Counted from the stretch's first letter, positions 19,089-28,784 are shown. The stretch: 64,000 nucleotides of DNA from a virus (IMGVR_UViG_3300010430_000013:1-64000); one strand, 5' to 3'. Numbers and translations: made by a program. Notes: generated by a model from the sequence alone, not told the origin.

Positions 19089-19669
19089 TGAAAGTTCCTA
19101 ACTATTTGTTTGATTTTTACTCCATTTCTCTTAGGTATCACAGAGGAGTTACCACCAAACAACAAGAAACCGCCATTAAGATTTTTCTTGAGGAGGTCAA
19201 ACAGAGCTTGCTTAAAGATGTGAGCTATTGCGTCTACAGAGAGTTGAGGCACGCCCAACACTGGACTCCATTCGCTGGTTATACAGTAACATACTCGCGA
19301 GTAGATTATGAAAGCCCAACAAAGCATGGATTAAGGATGACGTTAAATAATGTTGGCAGCAGAGCAAATTTTTTTAAGAAAGCCAACAAAGCATTTTCTA
19401 ACCGTGCAAACTGGTATCCATCGTACGGCGGTTCAAGGTGGGCCAGAATTGCTAAACTCGCAGCTCTCTTGGAAGAAGATAACTTTCAAGATGTTGGAAA
19501 TTCAATTGTTCTTATTGACAGATTGGTTGATGCTGCTCATAATACCGGACGCTGTCTTGATAAGGTTTATCCGGGAATCAATAAGTGGCTCGACAAAAAA
19601 CGCTGCTCGAAGAAAACCGACTGGATCATTCGAGGCTCCAATAGAAAAATCCGCCATATTTTTAGGTGA
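19088..19669 (+). CDS. Hypothetical protein
   Basis: TAATG coupling, 193 aa; YGGSRWARIA and AHNTG motifs. Confidence 0.6.
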   Translation: MKVPNYLFDFYSISLRYHRGVTTKQQETAIKIFLEEVKQSLLKDVSYCVYRELRHAQHWTPFAGYTVTYSRVDYESPTKHGLRMTLNNVGSRANFFKKANKAFSNRANWYPSYGGSRWARIAKLAALLEEDNFQDVGNSIVLIDRLVDAAHNTGRCLDKVYPGINKWLDKKRCSKKTDWIIRGSNRKIRHIFR

Positions 19670-19895
19670 ACAATGCATTTTAATAAACGCGTCTTAAATA
19701 CATACATTCAACATGGATATAAACTAGTCGGTCCATTTGATATGATAAGGCTTCGTTGTTATGCATGCGAACAAGTGGACCCTTTTTCAAAAAAGAGAAG
19801 TTTTAGTTTCTTAAAACTATCCACTGAATTTACAGGGTATCCAAAATACTTTTGTCTCAATTGCTTAAATCAAATCTTAAAAGAGGAATTCTTAC

Positions 19896-20225
19896 GTGGC
19901 CATCCCCAAAGTAACTAGAGAACAATTCGACAAAGCAATGGAAGCCGTCTGGACTGAAATCGAGTATCGAAATAATCTCGAAAGACGCACCGAAGAAGAC
20001 GAATGCAAGGATATTGCGGGTTTTTGCACGCTTCTTAGGCACATGTTGCACAAATGCGAGCAAGATTGGTACAGTTGGAAAGCCTCAGAGCAACCAGACG
20101 GTCAGATGCAAGTGACCGAGTGTCTTCATTGGATGAGAAAGCTTGCCTCTGGAGCAGTTATTGCTATGGTTTACAACGGATCTCTAAACAGAAGGACGTT
20201 TAAAACAAATGAAAAAACCAGCTAA
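19896..20225 (+). CDS. Hypothetical protein
   Basis: GAGG SD before GTG, 109 aa. Confidence 0.55.
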   Translation: MAIPKVTREQFDKAMEAVWTEIEYRNNLERRTEEDECKDIAGFCTLLRHMLHKCEQDWYSWKASEQPDGQMQVTECLHWMRKLASGAVIAMVYNGSLNRRTFKTNEKTS

Positions 20226-20634
20226 ACCAAAAACACCTAGAAAACCATCTGAGCCAAAGCTTCCCCTGAAGGAGTACCCGTATACAATCAATCATAGTAT
20301 ACAAGGCGAAGGTCGCTTAGTTAATCTTTTGCCAGAAGGGGTTCGTCCAGAAGATTTAGTGATGGAACACACAGGGTATGATGGAGGTTATGAAATCTAC
20401 TATGAGGCAAGGGGAGTCAGACCAAATCACCATTACAAACAAGAAATGAAGGCTTTTCAGGAGAGGTACGCTAAGTATGTAGAAAAACTGAAAGTCTACG
20501 AAGAAAAAATGGAATCCATGCGGGAGGAATTGGATCAATACGAAAAAGACATGGCTGAATACGAAAAGTTTAAAAAGTTAAAACATATTGAACAACTCAA
20601 ACAACAACTCAAGGAACTAGAAAATGAAGATTAA
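20209..20634 (+). CDS. Hypothetical coiled-coil protein
   Basis: E/K-rich C-terminus. Confidence 0.55.
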   Translation: MKKPAKPKTPRKPSEPKLPLKEYPYTINHSIQGEGRLVNLLPEGVRPEDLVMEHTGYDGGYEIYYEARGVRPNHHYKQEMKAFQERYAKYVEKLKVYEEKMESMREELDQYEKDMAEYEKFKKLKHIEQLKQQLKELENED

Positions 20635-20645
20635 CAAATTTTTCT

Positions 20646-20954
20646 ATGCAATCTAAAATGAAACTACCTGATGAAAAAATTCAAATAGCCATTTTAAATG
20701 TAATTAAAGCAGGAGGAACTCATCAGAGACACATTGTAGAGCTTGTTCTTAAGGAACATCCTGAAATCATGCACCCGAAAGATATTCGACTAGAAATACG
20801 TTATCTTGAAGGACTTGGTTTAATTAGACAAGAAGGCTTTGGTAGCACCCACAGGTTTCATTCCGCAGTACGTTGGAAGAAAATTACTGAAACTATTCAT
20901 GAAATAAATAAAGATCTACTTATGAACTTGCGCCAGCAGGGTAAAATCAAATAG
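20646..20954 (+). CDS. Hypothetical protein, possible winged-helix
   Basis: Helix-helix-LEGLGLIRQ-hairpin pattern. Confidence 0.45.
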   Translation: MQSKMKLPDEKIQIAILNVIKAGGTHQRHIVELVLKEHPEIMHPKDIRLEIRYLEGLGLIRQEGFGSTHRFHSAVRWKKITETIHEINKDLLMNLRQQGKIK

Positions 20955-21166
20955 AACCACAAAAAAACAAGTGAATATGAAAGGACTTAAATGAGCAGAT
21001 TGTCGATTTTTCTCGGTAACTTTATAGTAACAGTCAATACGTTATGTTTATATGATCCAGACTATAGTGTTAATTTCGCCACAGGATTTCTAATGTTAGG
21101 AGTTGGTCTGTCGATTGGCGGTTTGTTAGCTTTAATTTCGGAGGATTACTTGGCGTGAAAAAACTT

Positions 21167-22063
21167 CTAAGCTAGATCTAGAGATCTAGATAATTTGTTC
21201 TCAATTTTTGAGTTATATGGAATCTCGATATAACCAATGTTATTATCTAAGCACCAGTCTTTTTTTATCTTATCTCTTCTTTTTCTTGCCTTAAATTCGG
21301 CTTGTCCGCCAAAGTATGCCACTGGCATATAGTGTTGTCGTCCGTGGTACTCGATTACTGTATTGAAGTCAGGTAAATAAAAATCAAACCTTAAGGAGAT
21401 TTTATCAATACACCCTTTGAATTTTTTTTGAGTTTCAAACCTTATTCCTTTTTTAGTTAAAATTTCTGAGATCTTAAGTTCTCCTCTAGAAAAATTGCAT
21501 TGAGGGCATCCTCTTCCATGAAGATGGTTATTGGCATTTTGACTAAAAGGCCCGTGTTCGGGACAAACGATTTCTATTTTGTTGTTCACTCCACAAAAAA
21601 TAGATTCTGAGTAATCGTATTTTTCTCCATGAATTTCTTTAGCCTTTTTAACAAAATGATCTTTGTCAACTCTTCTCGTGTCGTAAAAACACCACCTACA
21701 ACCATCTTTATATAAATGATTTTTTGGTTTCACCATAAAGTCACCATGAATTGGGCATGTGACTGCAACTTCTGTCACTGAGTTTTTATAATCAACGTTT
21801 TCATAGGAGTATTTATTGCCATGTTTTTCTATTGCTTTTGCTATGAACTCTTCTTTTGAATAGTGGGCATTTTCCTTAATGCAGCAAGGACACCCTGTGA
21901 TACCAATTCTATTGCTGTATGGGATTTGCTCGAACCATACGTCATGTTTGATGCACTTTATTGAGATTTTATCTCTACAACTTTTGTAATTAGATTCGTC
22001 ATACTCAAATTTTCCGCCAGTTTCCTTAAAACATCTTTGTATATATTTGTTTTTGTATTTCAT
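21167..22063 (-). CDS. Putative homing endonuclease: DUF723-like repeats plus PD-(D/E)XK nuclease
   Basis: Repeats KHGNKYSY..V.Y/CPIHGDF/CPEHGPF..GRGCPQC; SRGE, LRFDFYLP, IEYHGRQHY, RDKIKKDWC. Confidence 0.8.
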   Translation of the reverse strand: MKYKNKYIQRCFKETGGKFEYDESNYKSCRDKISIKCIKHDVWFEQIPYSNRIGITGCPCCIKENAHYSKEEFIAKAIEKHGNKYSYENVDYKNSVTEVAVTCPIHGDFMVKPKNHLYKDGCRWCFYDTRRVDKDHFVKKAKEIHGEKYDYSESIFCGVNNKIEIVCPEHGPFSQNANNHLHGRGCPQCNFSRGELKISEILTKKGIRFETQKKFKGCIDKISLRFDFYLPDFNTVIEYHGRQHYMPVAYFGGQAEFKARKRRDKIKKDWCLDNNIGYIEIPYNSKIENKLSRSLDLA

Positions 22064-22101
22064 TCCAATGTCCTATCCGAGATAAAAAAGACACTTTAAC
22101 T

Positions 22102-22869
22102 ATGTATACACCAAAAACTAAAAAACTTCTTACACAGAATAAAAAATTAGAAAAAACCTCAAAGAACACCAAGTGGAAAATGTATGGCTTAAACTTAAGT
22201 CCTTCTAATATAGAGGGTTCCGGGTTCAATACATGTAAACATGCTGGTTTTTGCAAAGAAGTGTGCATTGTCAAAACCGGACTGAATGTAATGACAGCGG
22301 CTCAAAAATCTAGGATTGATAAAACAAGGTGGCTATTCTATGATCAGAAAGGGTTCTTAACTCATCTTCATAAAGAAATCGGGAATCTATACGATAAACA
22401 CGAAAACAACTTGCTCATCCGCTTAAATATTTTATCTGACATTCCATGGGAACGCATCGACCCAACTTTGTTTTCAAAATATCCAAATGCTCAATTCATT
22501 GATTATACGAAGTACATTGACAGGGCTTGCGATTCTAAGTTTGACAAAAAGTGGCCTGTTAATTACGAGTTAACTTATTCATGGAATGAAAAATCTCATT
22601 CTCACAAGAGAAAGATTAATAAACTGTTAATGTCTGGCGGCAGGATTAATGTTGTTTGGCATCATCGGTATAAGTATAATGATCTCCAACGAAATCAATT
22701 GCCTGAGAATTTTACAATCGCAACAAAAACTCACGAGGTTGTTGATGGGGATTTGGATGATGCAAGGCTGGAGGAAGGAAAGGTTGTAATGGTTAGAGCT
22801 AAACTAGCCAAAACAAAAATTCCGCACTATGTAAAAAAAGGATTTATTTTAGAAAGGAGTAAAGTGTAG
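22102..22869 (+). CDS. GP88-like phage protein
   Basis: NTC.HA..C...C; IRLNILSDI.WE; QFIDYTK; NYELTYS; VVDGDLDDAR. Confidence 0.7.
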   Translation: MYTPKTKKLLTQNKKLEKTSKNTKWKMYGLNLSPSNIEGSGFNTCKHAGFCKEVCIVKTGLNVMTAAQKSRIDKTRWLFYDQKGFLTHLHKEIGNLYDKHENNLLIRLNILSDIPWERIDPTLFSKYPNAQFIDYTKYIDRACDSKFDKKWPVNYELTYSWNEKSHSHKRKINKLLMSGGRINVVWHHRYKYNDLQRNQLPENFTIATKTHEVVDGDLDDARLEEGKVVMVRAKLAKTKIPHYVKKGFILERSKV

Positions 22870-22931
22870 CTTTTTTTAGTAATTTAGTTGTTTGTTTCTA
22901 ACACGTTGTTAATTTGTTTAGGGTTTTTTTG

Positions 22932-23690
22932 ATGAAAAAGTTTGTTTTTTCTTTGGTACTGTGTGCATTTACTGCTAACTTTGCTCAGGCAGGACTTGAA
23001 TGGGGAAGCGTTGACACCAGTGAAGCTGTAGTCTCGGCCTACGCTAGGTGGATCTTCAACAACTCTCCTGGCTTGAACGAAAGTGATTTCGATGATTCTC
23101 AGAATCTAACCCCTCAAGCTGCCTCGCAAGAGCTAGCCGAAGCTGATCCTCTTGACTGGGGAGATATTACTGGATATGCAAAAGCTATCTGGAATATGAC
23201 CGGTAGCGGAGTATTTAGCCTCTACACCAAAAGCACGATGGATGTAGGTTTGTTTCCTAATCCAGACAGTCATTATAGCAGTAATCAAGTTCACTTGGTG
23301 ACAGATTGTACATCAAGCGGAACTGTAAAGATTACCTATAAGATTGTTCTCAAGATGGATAAAGCCGAATGGAACGGTATGCATTTTGAAGATGATACCT
23401 TTACAGGCACTCTAACGGGAGACGAGGGAACTAGCTTTACATTTTCCTACGACGCTCTTTATGACAGAGTTGAAGTAAAAGAGTGGGATGGAGCTACACT
23501 CGTCAACACAGAGTATGCCTACACAGCAACCTCTGGAGACGGGAATTGGGAGCAAGCAACTTGGACCAAAGTCCGCACCTACAATAAATCAGTAGGGGAT
23601 CATCCAGGTTGGTTTGTTCTTGGAACTGCAAACATCCAAGATGTTGGCGACCATATTTTGGAAGTCAGCATTACGGGCGTTGAAAACTAG
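22932..23690 (+). CDS. Hypothetical secreted beta-rich protein
   Basis: Signal peptide MKKFVFSLVLCAFTANFAQA. Confidence 0.65.
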   Translation: MKKFVFSLVLCAFTANFAQAGLEWGSVDTSEAVVSAYARWIFNNSPGLNESDFDDSQNLTPQAASQELAEADPLDWGDITGYAKAIWNMTGSGVFSLYTKSTMDVGLFPNPDSHYSSNQVHLVTDCTSSGTVKITYKIVLKMDKAEWNGMHFEDDTFTGTLTGDEGTSFTFSYDALYDRVEVKEWDGATLVNTEYAYTATSGDGNWEQATWTKVRTYNKSVGDHPGWFVLGTANIQDVGDHILEVSITGVEN

Positions 23691-23702
23691 ATTGACTTAA
23701 GC

Positions 23703-23731
23703 GAGCCGGGGGGTAATTCCCCCGGCTTCTT
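23703..23731 (+). terminator. Hairpin terminator
   Basis: GAGCCGGGGG/CCCCCGGCTT stem followed by a weak T tract. Confidence 0.6.
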
Positions 23732-23736
23732 AATAA

Positions 23737-23928
23737 TTGCCCCCCACAAAAGAGAATTTCTTAATGATTTTTTACGGAATCGGATGTCAAACCGCCACCA
23801 ACGCTTATGGGGCGGGTGAACAGTATGACATGTACGATTCGAGCATGGGCGCTGGAGAAGGTTCCGGGGTAGGTTATAGCAACGGCGGAGGCCAAGGAAT
23901 AGGCCATGTTGGGTGGTCAATACTTTAA
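23737..23928 (+). CDS. Dispersed Gly-rich mini-protein
   Basis: GAGEGSGVGYSNGGGQGIG, same style as the 3.8-9.5 kb array. Confidence 0.5.
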   Translation: MPPTKENFLMIFYGIGCQTATNAYGAGEQYDMYDSSMGAGEGSGVGYSNGGGQGIGHVGWSIL

Positions 23929-24096
23929 TTAGGATTAGCAAATCATGCTAGAGTGGCTTAAAAAATTCTTAGCACGAGGAAATTGCTGGAGAAGCCACAG
24001 GCATAATTGGCGCATCGTAACTCGCTATGGAGATGGCAGGGTGAAAAAGTGGACTTGTTTAGAGTGTGGCAGGACTTGGATTAAAAGAGGACCAAA

Positions 24097-26310
24097 ATGA
24101 AAAAAGCCCTAATCACAGGCGTAACAGGACAAGACGGTTCCTACTTGGCAGAGCTTCTCCTTGAGAAGGGATACGAAGTTTACGGAATGATTCGTCGAGC
24201 TAGCACGAGCAATACGTCCCGCATTGACCATATTAATGATAAAAATTTTTCTATTTTATATGGCGACTTGGCGGATCAGGCCAGCTTGACGGGTTTGGTT
24301 GGTGCTGTCAAACCTGATGAAATCTATAACTTGGCGGCTCAGTCGCATGTGGGAGTTTCCTTTAAGGTTCCAGAATACACAGCAGATGTGACTGGCGTGG
24401 GGCCTTTGCGGTTGCTTGAAGCAGTTCGATTGAACGGCTTGTGTGGGCACACTCGCTTTTATCAGGCTTCTACTTCCGAACTTTTCGGAAAGGTTCAAGA
24501 AGTTCCGCAAAGTGAAACTACTCCGTTCTACCCGAGGAGCCCGTATGGGGTAGCTAAGTTGCACGCCCACTGGAGCGTAATCAACTACAGAGAAGCACAC
24601 AATATGTATGCGTGTAGTGGAATTTTATTTAATCATGAGACTTTATCTTATGGAACTCCAATTATTATCAAAAAAGATGAAGAATTAGATATTCTACCCA
24701 TAGGGGATGTTGCCAGATTTCATACTGGGGTGTTATTCAATATGGAAAAAGACTACCAGGAGGGAAAGCCTATTTCAGATATAAAAATATGGGACCAGTC
24801 TGGATGGGTCGACATTTCTTGGGTGTCAGGATATCCGCATAAAGGTGATAAAAAACCCAGAATAGTGAATGCCAGAAACTCTGTTTACATGGCCACAGGA
24901 AGTCATCCATGTATCATGGAAGATAACTCCGAAAAAAATACAGAGAATTTAAAAGTGGGGGATAAGGTAAAAAATATATCTTACCCGCCTGTTACGAAAG
25001 CTAAAGATGTTTCTTTAGAAGAAGCCGAGTGGCTTGGAATGCTGGTGGGAGACGGAAACCTTAAAGGCAATGCTCCAATATTTACAAATAAAGACCCAAA
25101 AATTAAAAAAAAGTTTGCCGATTTATGGGTTGCATTTACTGGCGGCGAATACAAATATCGAGATAGTTTTTCTGCATTTAACAATGAGCCTGTAGGACAA
25201 GTTTCATGTTATGGTAAATCAGATTTAGAGTATGACATCTATACGAGTGATATAAGTCCATTTGGACATAAAAATAAAAAAGTTCCAATGAAAATATTGA
25301 ATGGATCATTAGATGTAATGGAAGCTTTTTTAGTTGGATACAATTCTTGCGATGGACTAAAATCTAATAAATGCACTTATCGATTTAAGAATTTTAAAAC
25401 AAATTCACCAACTCTAGCCTCGGGTCTTTTGTTTTTAGTATCCAAAGTAACTGGGCAAAAATACAATATCACAGTAGAAGATTCGCTTAAGTGGGGAAAG
25501 CGTCAGCAATATTATTCTATTAATCTTCTCTCGGATCAAGAAACCTCTTTAGAGAAGTATAATGAAGTTAAGGGTCTGTTAGATAAAAATATTTTCATAA
25601 GAAAAATTCACAGAGATACTGGGATAAGCAGAAAATTTATACAAAAAGTTAAATCCGGCTATATTCCAACTAATGAACACGTACTCAAAAAATGTTCAAA
25701 TGAAATTAAAAAAATAATAGACATACCAGATTACTCTGGATGGTTTTTTGATTTAGAAACATCCAGTGGCACATTTCATGCTGGAATTGGGCAGGGAGTA
25801 GTCCATAATTCCCCTCGTCGCGGTGAGAACTTTGTGACTAGGAAAATTACAAAAGCCCTATGTAATGTAGCCAAAGGTGATCTAGCTTATCTCCACATTG
25901 GCAACATGGACGCCAAAAGAGACTGGGGACATGCTCGTGACTATGTAAGAGGAATGTATCTGATGCTCCAGCAGGATTCCCCAGAAGACTACGTTCTAGC
26001 CACAGGAGAACAGCACAGCGTCAGAGAATTCATCGAACTAGCCGCTTTAGAGTTAGGAATTGAGATTGGCTGGACAGGCAAAGGACTTAGTGAAGAGGGG
26101 TATGTTAAAAGACTGTTCGACACAAAATATGGAGATCCACCACTTGTAGAAGACGAAGTCATTGTGGTTGTTAATGAAGAGTTCTATCGACCGACCGAAG
26201 TCGATACCTTGTTGGGCGACCCCAGCAAAGCCAAGAAGGAACTCTCTTGGTATCCTCAGGTTTCATTTAAATCCCTCGTCTCTGAAATGGTGGAAGCCGA
26301 CTATGACTAA
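24097..26310 (+). CDS. gmd: GDP-mannose 4,6-dehydratase containing an intein
   Basis: [69 protein letters not shown]. Confidence 0.95.
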   Translation: MKKALITGVTGQDGSYLAELLLEKGYEVYGMIRRASTSNTSRIDHINDKNFSILYGDLADQASLTGLVGAVKPDEIYNLAAQSHVGVSFKVPEYTADVTGVGPLRLLEAVRLNGLCGHTRFYQASTSELFGKVQEVPQSETTPFYPRSPYGVAKLHAHWSVINYREAHNMYACSGILFNHETLSYGTPIIIKKDEELDILPIGDVARFHTGVLFNMEKDYQEGKPISDIKIWDQSGWVDISWVSGYPHKGDKKPRIVNARNSVYMATGSHPCIMEDNSEKNTENLKVGDKVKNISYPPVTKAKDVSLEEAEWLGMLVGDGNLKGNAPIFTNKDPKIKKKFADLWVAFTGGEYKYRDSFSAFNNEPVGQVSCYGKSDLEYDIYTSDISPFGHKNKKVPMKILNGSLDVMEAFLVGYNSCDGLKSNKCTYRFKNFKTNSPTLASGLLFLVSKVTGQKYNITVEDSLKWGKRQQYYSINLLSDQETSLEKYNEVKGLLDKNIFIRKIHRDTGISRKFIQKVKSGYIPTNEHVLKKCSNEIKKIIDIPDYSGWFFDLETSSGTFHAGIGQGVVHNSPRRGENFVTRKITKALCNVAKGDLAYLHIGNMDAKRDWGHARDYVRGMYLMLQQDSPEDYVLATGEQHSVREFIELAALELGIEIGWTGKGLSEEGYVKRLFDTKYGDPPLVEDEVIVVVNEEFYRPTEVDTLLGDPSKAKKELSWYPQVSFKSLVSEMVEADYD
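24640..25809 (+). mobile_element. Intein (390 aa) with LAGLIDADG-like endonuclease in Gmd
   Basis: Interrupts FNHE|SPRR; starts TLSYGTPI; block B TGSH; WLGMLVGDG and [10 protein letters not shown]; ends FFDLET..VVHN followed by Ser. Confidence 0.9.
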
Positions 26311-26488
26311 CGATAGTCAAGGATATGGAGCAGGAACATGTTTTAGATCTGGCCATGCGTTTGTTAAGATTTATGATAAGTCATACGGGGAAGCTGTGGG
26401 TGGACATGAGCCTACTTTTTTTAAAAGTATTGGATTTGGAACTAAAAACATCCTCATGATAAAAAAGCTTCTACTAAATAAAAAGTGA
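26303..26488 (+). CDS. Dispersed, degenerate Gly-rich mini-protein
   Basis: [11 protein letters not shown] resembles GHGMCFRSG and GYCFKTG in array members. Confidence 0.4.
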   Translation: MTNDSQGYGAGTCFRSGHAFVKIYDKSYGEAVGGHEPTFFKSIGFGTKNILMIKKLLLNKK

Positions 26489-26524
26489 ACTCATTTTACA
26501 ATCTAGCCAACTGAGCTAAATACC

Positions 26525-26743
26525 ATGACCAGACCATATCGGGCGGTGATTGTCCTTGAGACTGACGACGGCTGGTGTGCAGCGGTCGCGGAATATGAGT
26601 CAGAGGAACTGTATTACGAGTGTTGCAGCGGTGGTGAGTCATTCCCTGTGCCAGAAAGCGAAATCATGACAACCTGCAGACACCGTCACAGGTCGCCTGC
26701 GTCGTGTAGGCGATGTTGCTTACGCATGCAGAAGACGCTCTAG
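26525..26743 (+). CDS. Cassette 1: Cys/His-rich hypothetical protein
   Basis: Stop TAG lies inside the repeat; CRHRHRSP..CRRCC. Confidence 0.65.
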   Translation: MTRPYRAVIVLETDDGWCAAVAEYESEELYYECCSGGESFPVPESEIMTTCRHRHRSPASCRRCCLRMQKTL

Positions 26744-26784
26744 CCAACTGAGATAGGAAACCAAACGGAAGGAAACGAAACCAA

Positions 26785-27486
26785 ATGTTTAACCCAGAAA
26801 CCGGAAAACGAATCCACCTCACTCACGGAGCAGGCAACGGCGTGGATAAAGCCTGCTTAATTACCGCTTCCAACATGCTGATTGGTCGCGGACAAGACGG
26901 CGACAACAATAGTTGCGTCTGCCCTGTCCTGCGGAAATTCATTATCACTACCAACGACTCGATGCCCGAAGATTTGCTCAGCGAACTCTACGGTCCACTC
27001 GCATGGGAAATCCTTGGCACCGCAACCGGTGACCCTGCAACCGAACAGCAGCGTGCGTATCGCTTTGTGGACTGGGCGGTGCGGGAGATTACACCAATAG
27101 CATTAAGGGCATCAGGGATGGGTGACCACGCATCAAAGCTGAAGGCGCTGTCGCCAGTGGTAGACCAGCAGACCGCCCGTGCCGTCGCCCGTGCCGCCAG
27201 TGCCGCCCGTGTCGCCCGTGCCGCCGCCCGTGCCGCCGATGCCGCCTATGCCGCCGCCGCCGTCGATGCCGCCGTCGATGCCGCCGTCGATGCCTCCGCT
27301 TATGCCGCCGCCCGTGCCGCCGCCCGTGCCGCCGCCAGTGCCGCCCGTGCCGCCCGTGCCGCCGATGCCGAATTGATCTGGCGAAAGTGCCCTGACATTA
27401 TCCGCGAGGTAGCTGCGATTGGGGACAGGCGACCTGTTGAGACTGTAATTGACCACTGCGATTTAGCAGCCGCTCTAGCCGACTGA
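26785..27486 (+). CDS. Cassette 2: phage protein with Ala-rich repeat
   Basis: ACLITA..SCVCPVLRKF...ND motif; (AAR/AAVD)n tract; stop TGA inside the repeat. Confidence 0.7.
   Translation: MFNPETGKRIHLTHGAGNGVDKACLITASNMLIGRGQDGDNNSCVCPVLRKFIITTNDSMPEDLLSELYGPLAWEILGTATGDPATEQQRAYRFVDWAVREITPIALRASGMGDHASKLKALSPVVDQQTARAVARAASAARVARAAARAADAAYAAAAVDAAVDAAVDASAYAAARAAARAAASAARAARAADAELIWRKCPDIIREVAAIGDRRPVETVIDHCDLAAALAD
27172..27370 (+). repeat. GCC-rich coding tandem repeat (GCCGCCCGT and GCCGCCGTCGAT units)
   Basis: Directly visible; encodes an Ala-rich helix. Confidence 0.85.
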
Positions 27487-27516
27487 GCTAGTTAACTAAC
27501 CAGAAGGGAAATTGAA

Positions 27517-27774
27517 ATGGAACATCACGAAAAAGCAAACGAGCAGGAAGAACGTATCAAAGCACTCGAACAGATTGCGAGGCGATACCAATTCTTGCTT
27601 TCGCAATTCCAAATGCACTCGCCCGACATGGCTGGAGCGACTCGCTACCGGTTCCGCAATGGTGGCTGGCCTATGACACATTTTTGCGGCCCGACCATCG
27701 AGGCGGCGATTGATAATGCGATGTCGGAAGTAGAGCGGGAAAAAAAAGACACTCTAGCCAACGGAGCTAATTAA
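27517..27774 (+). CDS. Cassette 3: hypothetical protein
   Basis: Reads through a repeat copy with TGA>GGA and stops just after it; GPTIEAAIDNAM motif. Confidence 0.65.
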   Translation: MEHHEKANEQEERIKALEQIARRYQFLLSQFQMHSPDMAGATRYRFRNGGWPMTHFCGPTIEAAIDNAMSEVEREKKDTLANGAN

Positions 27775-27775
27775 C

Positions 27776-27874
27776 ATGAGAATGATTGCAATTGAACTTA
27801 TTTGTGCCGGATTGCTGATGGCTCTTGGGGTAGTCAAGTTAATCGAAATCATACACGACGCTCTAGCCAACTGA
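27776..27874 (+). CDS. Cassette 4: 32-aa single-helix membrane peptide
   Basis: MRMIAIELICAGLLMALGVVKLIEIIHDALAN*, stop TGA inside the repeat. Confidence 0.55.
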   Translation: MRMIAIELICAGLLMALGVVKLIEIIHDALAN

Positions 27875-27900
27875 GCTACACAACCAAGAGGTAATAAAAA

Positions 27901-28104
27901 ATGAACAAAATGCAATTGCAAAAGATTTCGAGCGACGTGTTCACGGTCAGCGTTGGCTGCGTGTCTATGGCGGTAGAGCTAGACAGCGATGACGAGAGGC
28001 ATCGTCTCGTACTGCGAGACATGGTCGACGCATATAACGATGCCATTGAGTTTCGGACAGCCAAGGAACGGCATGCCGAATCACAATACAACAATACGCT
28101 ATAG
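27901..28104 (+). CDS. Cassette 5: hypothetical protein
   Basis: GAGG SD; stop TAG inside the repeat. Confidence 0.6.
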   Translation: MNKMQLQKISSDVFTVSVGCVSMAVELDSDDERHRLVLRDMVDAYNDAIEFRTAKERHAESQYNNTL

Positions 28105-28122
28105 CCAACTGAGCTGATAACT

Positions 28123-28329
28123 ATGAGTCGAGAAGAATATAGAAACTTGGAATACGCACTGGGCGGGCGCAAGGCAGCGGATAGGCATATAGCTTCGCGG
28201 TTACGTGAACTGGCGGATATTGTCGAATCAGACGAGTGGCCAGACGTGATTAGCTGGCAAGACGATAGAGAGTTTGAGCCAATGATGACGACGGTAAAGC
28301 TGACGTTGTCACTGCCGCTGGGCGGGTAG
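28123..28329 (+). CDS. Cassette 6: hypothetical protein
   Basis: Stop TAG inside the repeat. Confidence 0.6.
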   Translation: MSREEYRNLEYALGGRKAADRHIASRLRELADIVESDEWPDVISWQDDREFEPMMTTVKLTLSLPLGG

Positions 28330-28379
28330 CCAACTGAGCTAGAAAAAGCTCTAGACAACTAATAAAGGAAACCAAACTT

Positions 28380-28751
28380 ATGTCCAATAACAAACAGCCA
28401 AATAGACACGTCTGGTTCTTCCGCCTTGCAGGTGGAGGAAACCAATGCACTGAATACAGAACTAGTGAAAAAGAAGCCGCGATGCGTCTCTTGCACGACG
28501 AATATGGAGAAACCGCAGTCGATGCTGTTCGGCGGGAGTTGACGTTTTTTGAATACGCTGGACTGCTCCGGTGTAATTACGAGGGGTACGGGCGGCAGGT
28601 GTATCAAGCGTTGCAGGACTTCTTTTTTCGGTGCGACCCGCGAGGACATAAGGGCTTTGACGACGAGACGTTAATCCGGTCGCAGTCCGACATCCAAGCA
28701 GGCAGGGTGCTGTCCACGGAGGAATACCTTGAGGACTTAAGGAAAGACTAA
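28380..28751 (+). CDS. Cassette 7: hypothetical protein
   Basis: AGGA SD; stop 4 nt before the last repeat core. Confidence 0.6.
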   Translation: MSNNKQPNRHVWFFRLAGGGNQCTEYRTSEKEAAMRLLHDEYGETAVDAVRRELTFFEYAGLLRCNYEGYGRQVYQALQDFFFRCDPRGHKGFDDETLIRSQSDIQAGRVLSTEEYLEDLRKD

Positions 28752-28784
28752 CGTTCTAGCCAAATGAGATAATAAGCATTAAAA

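Larger units (their letters stand above)
26503..28771 (+). repeat. Direct repeats (consensus ACGCTCTAGCCAACTGAGCTA) separating seven single-gene cassettes
   Basis: Core copies at 26503-18, 26740-55, 27475-90, 27754-69, 27863-78, 28101-16, 28326-41, 28756-71; degenerate copy at 28351-66. Confidence 0.9.

Noticed and set aside
27133-27456. Poly-Pro (27179-27376 +) and Gly-Thr (27133-27456 -) ORFs
   Set aside because: Shadow frames of the GCC repeat within the Ala-rich gene
26503-28771. CRISPR array or classical integron
   Set aside because: Intervals are long, irregular and protein-coding; the repeat is too short for attC and lacks consistent RYYYAAC/GTTRRRY ends; no cas operon or intI seen
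26503-28771. tRNA gene cluster on the minus strand
   Set aside because: Only the D-arm matches; no anticodon arm, T-arm or acceptor stem flanks any copy
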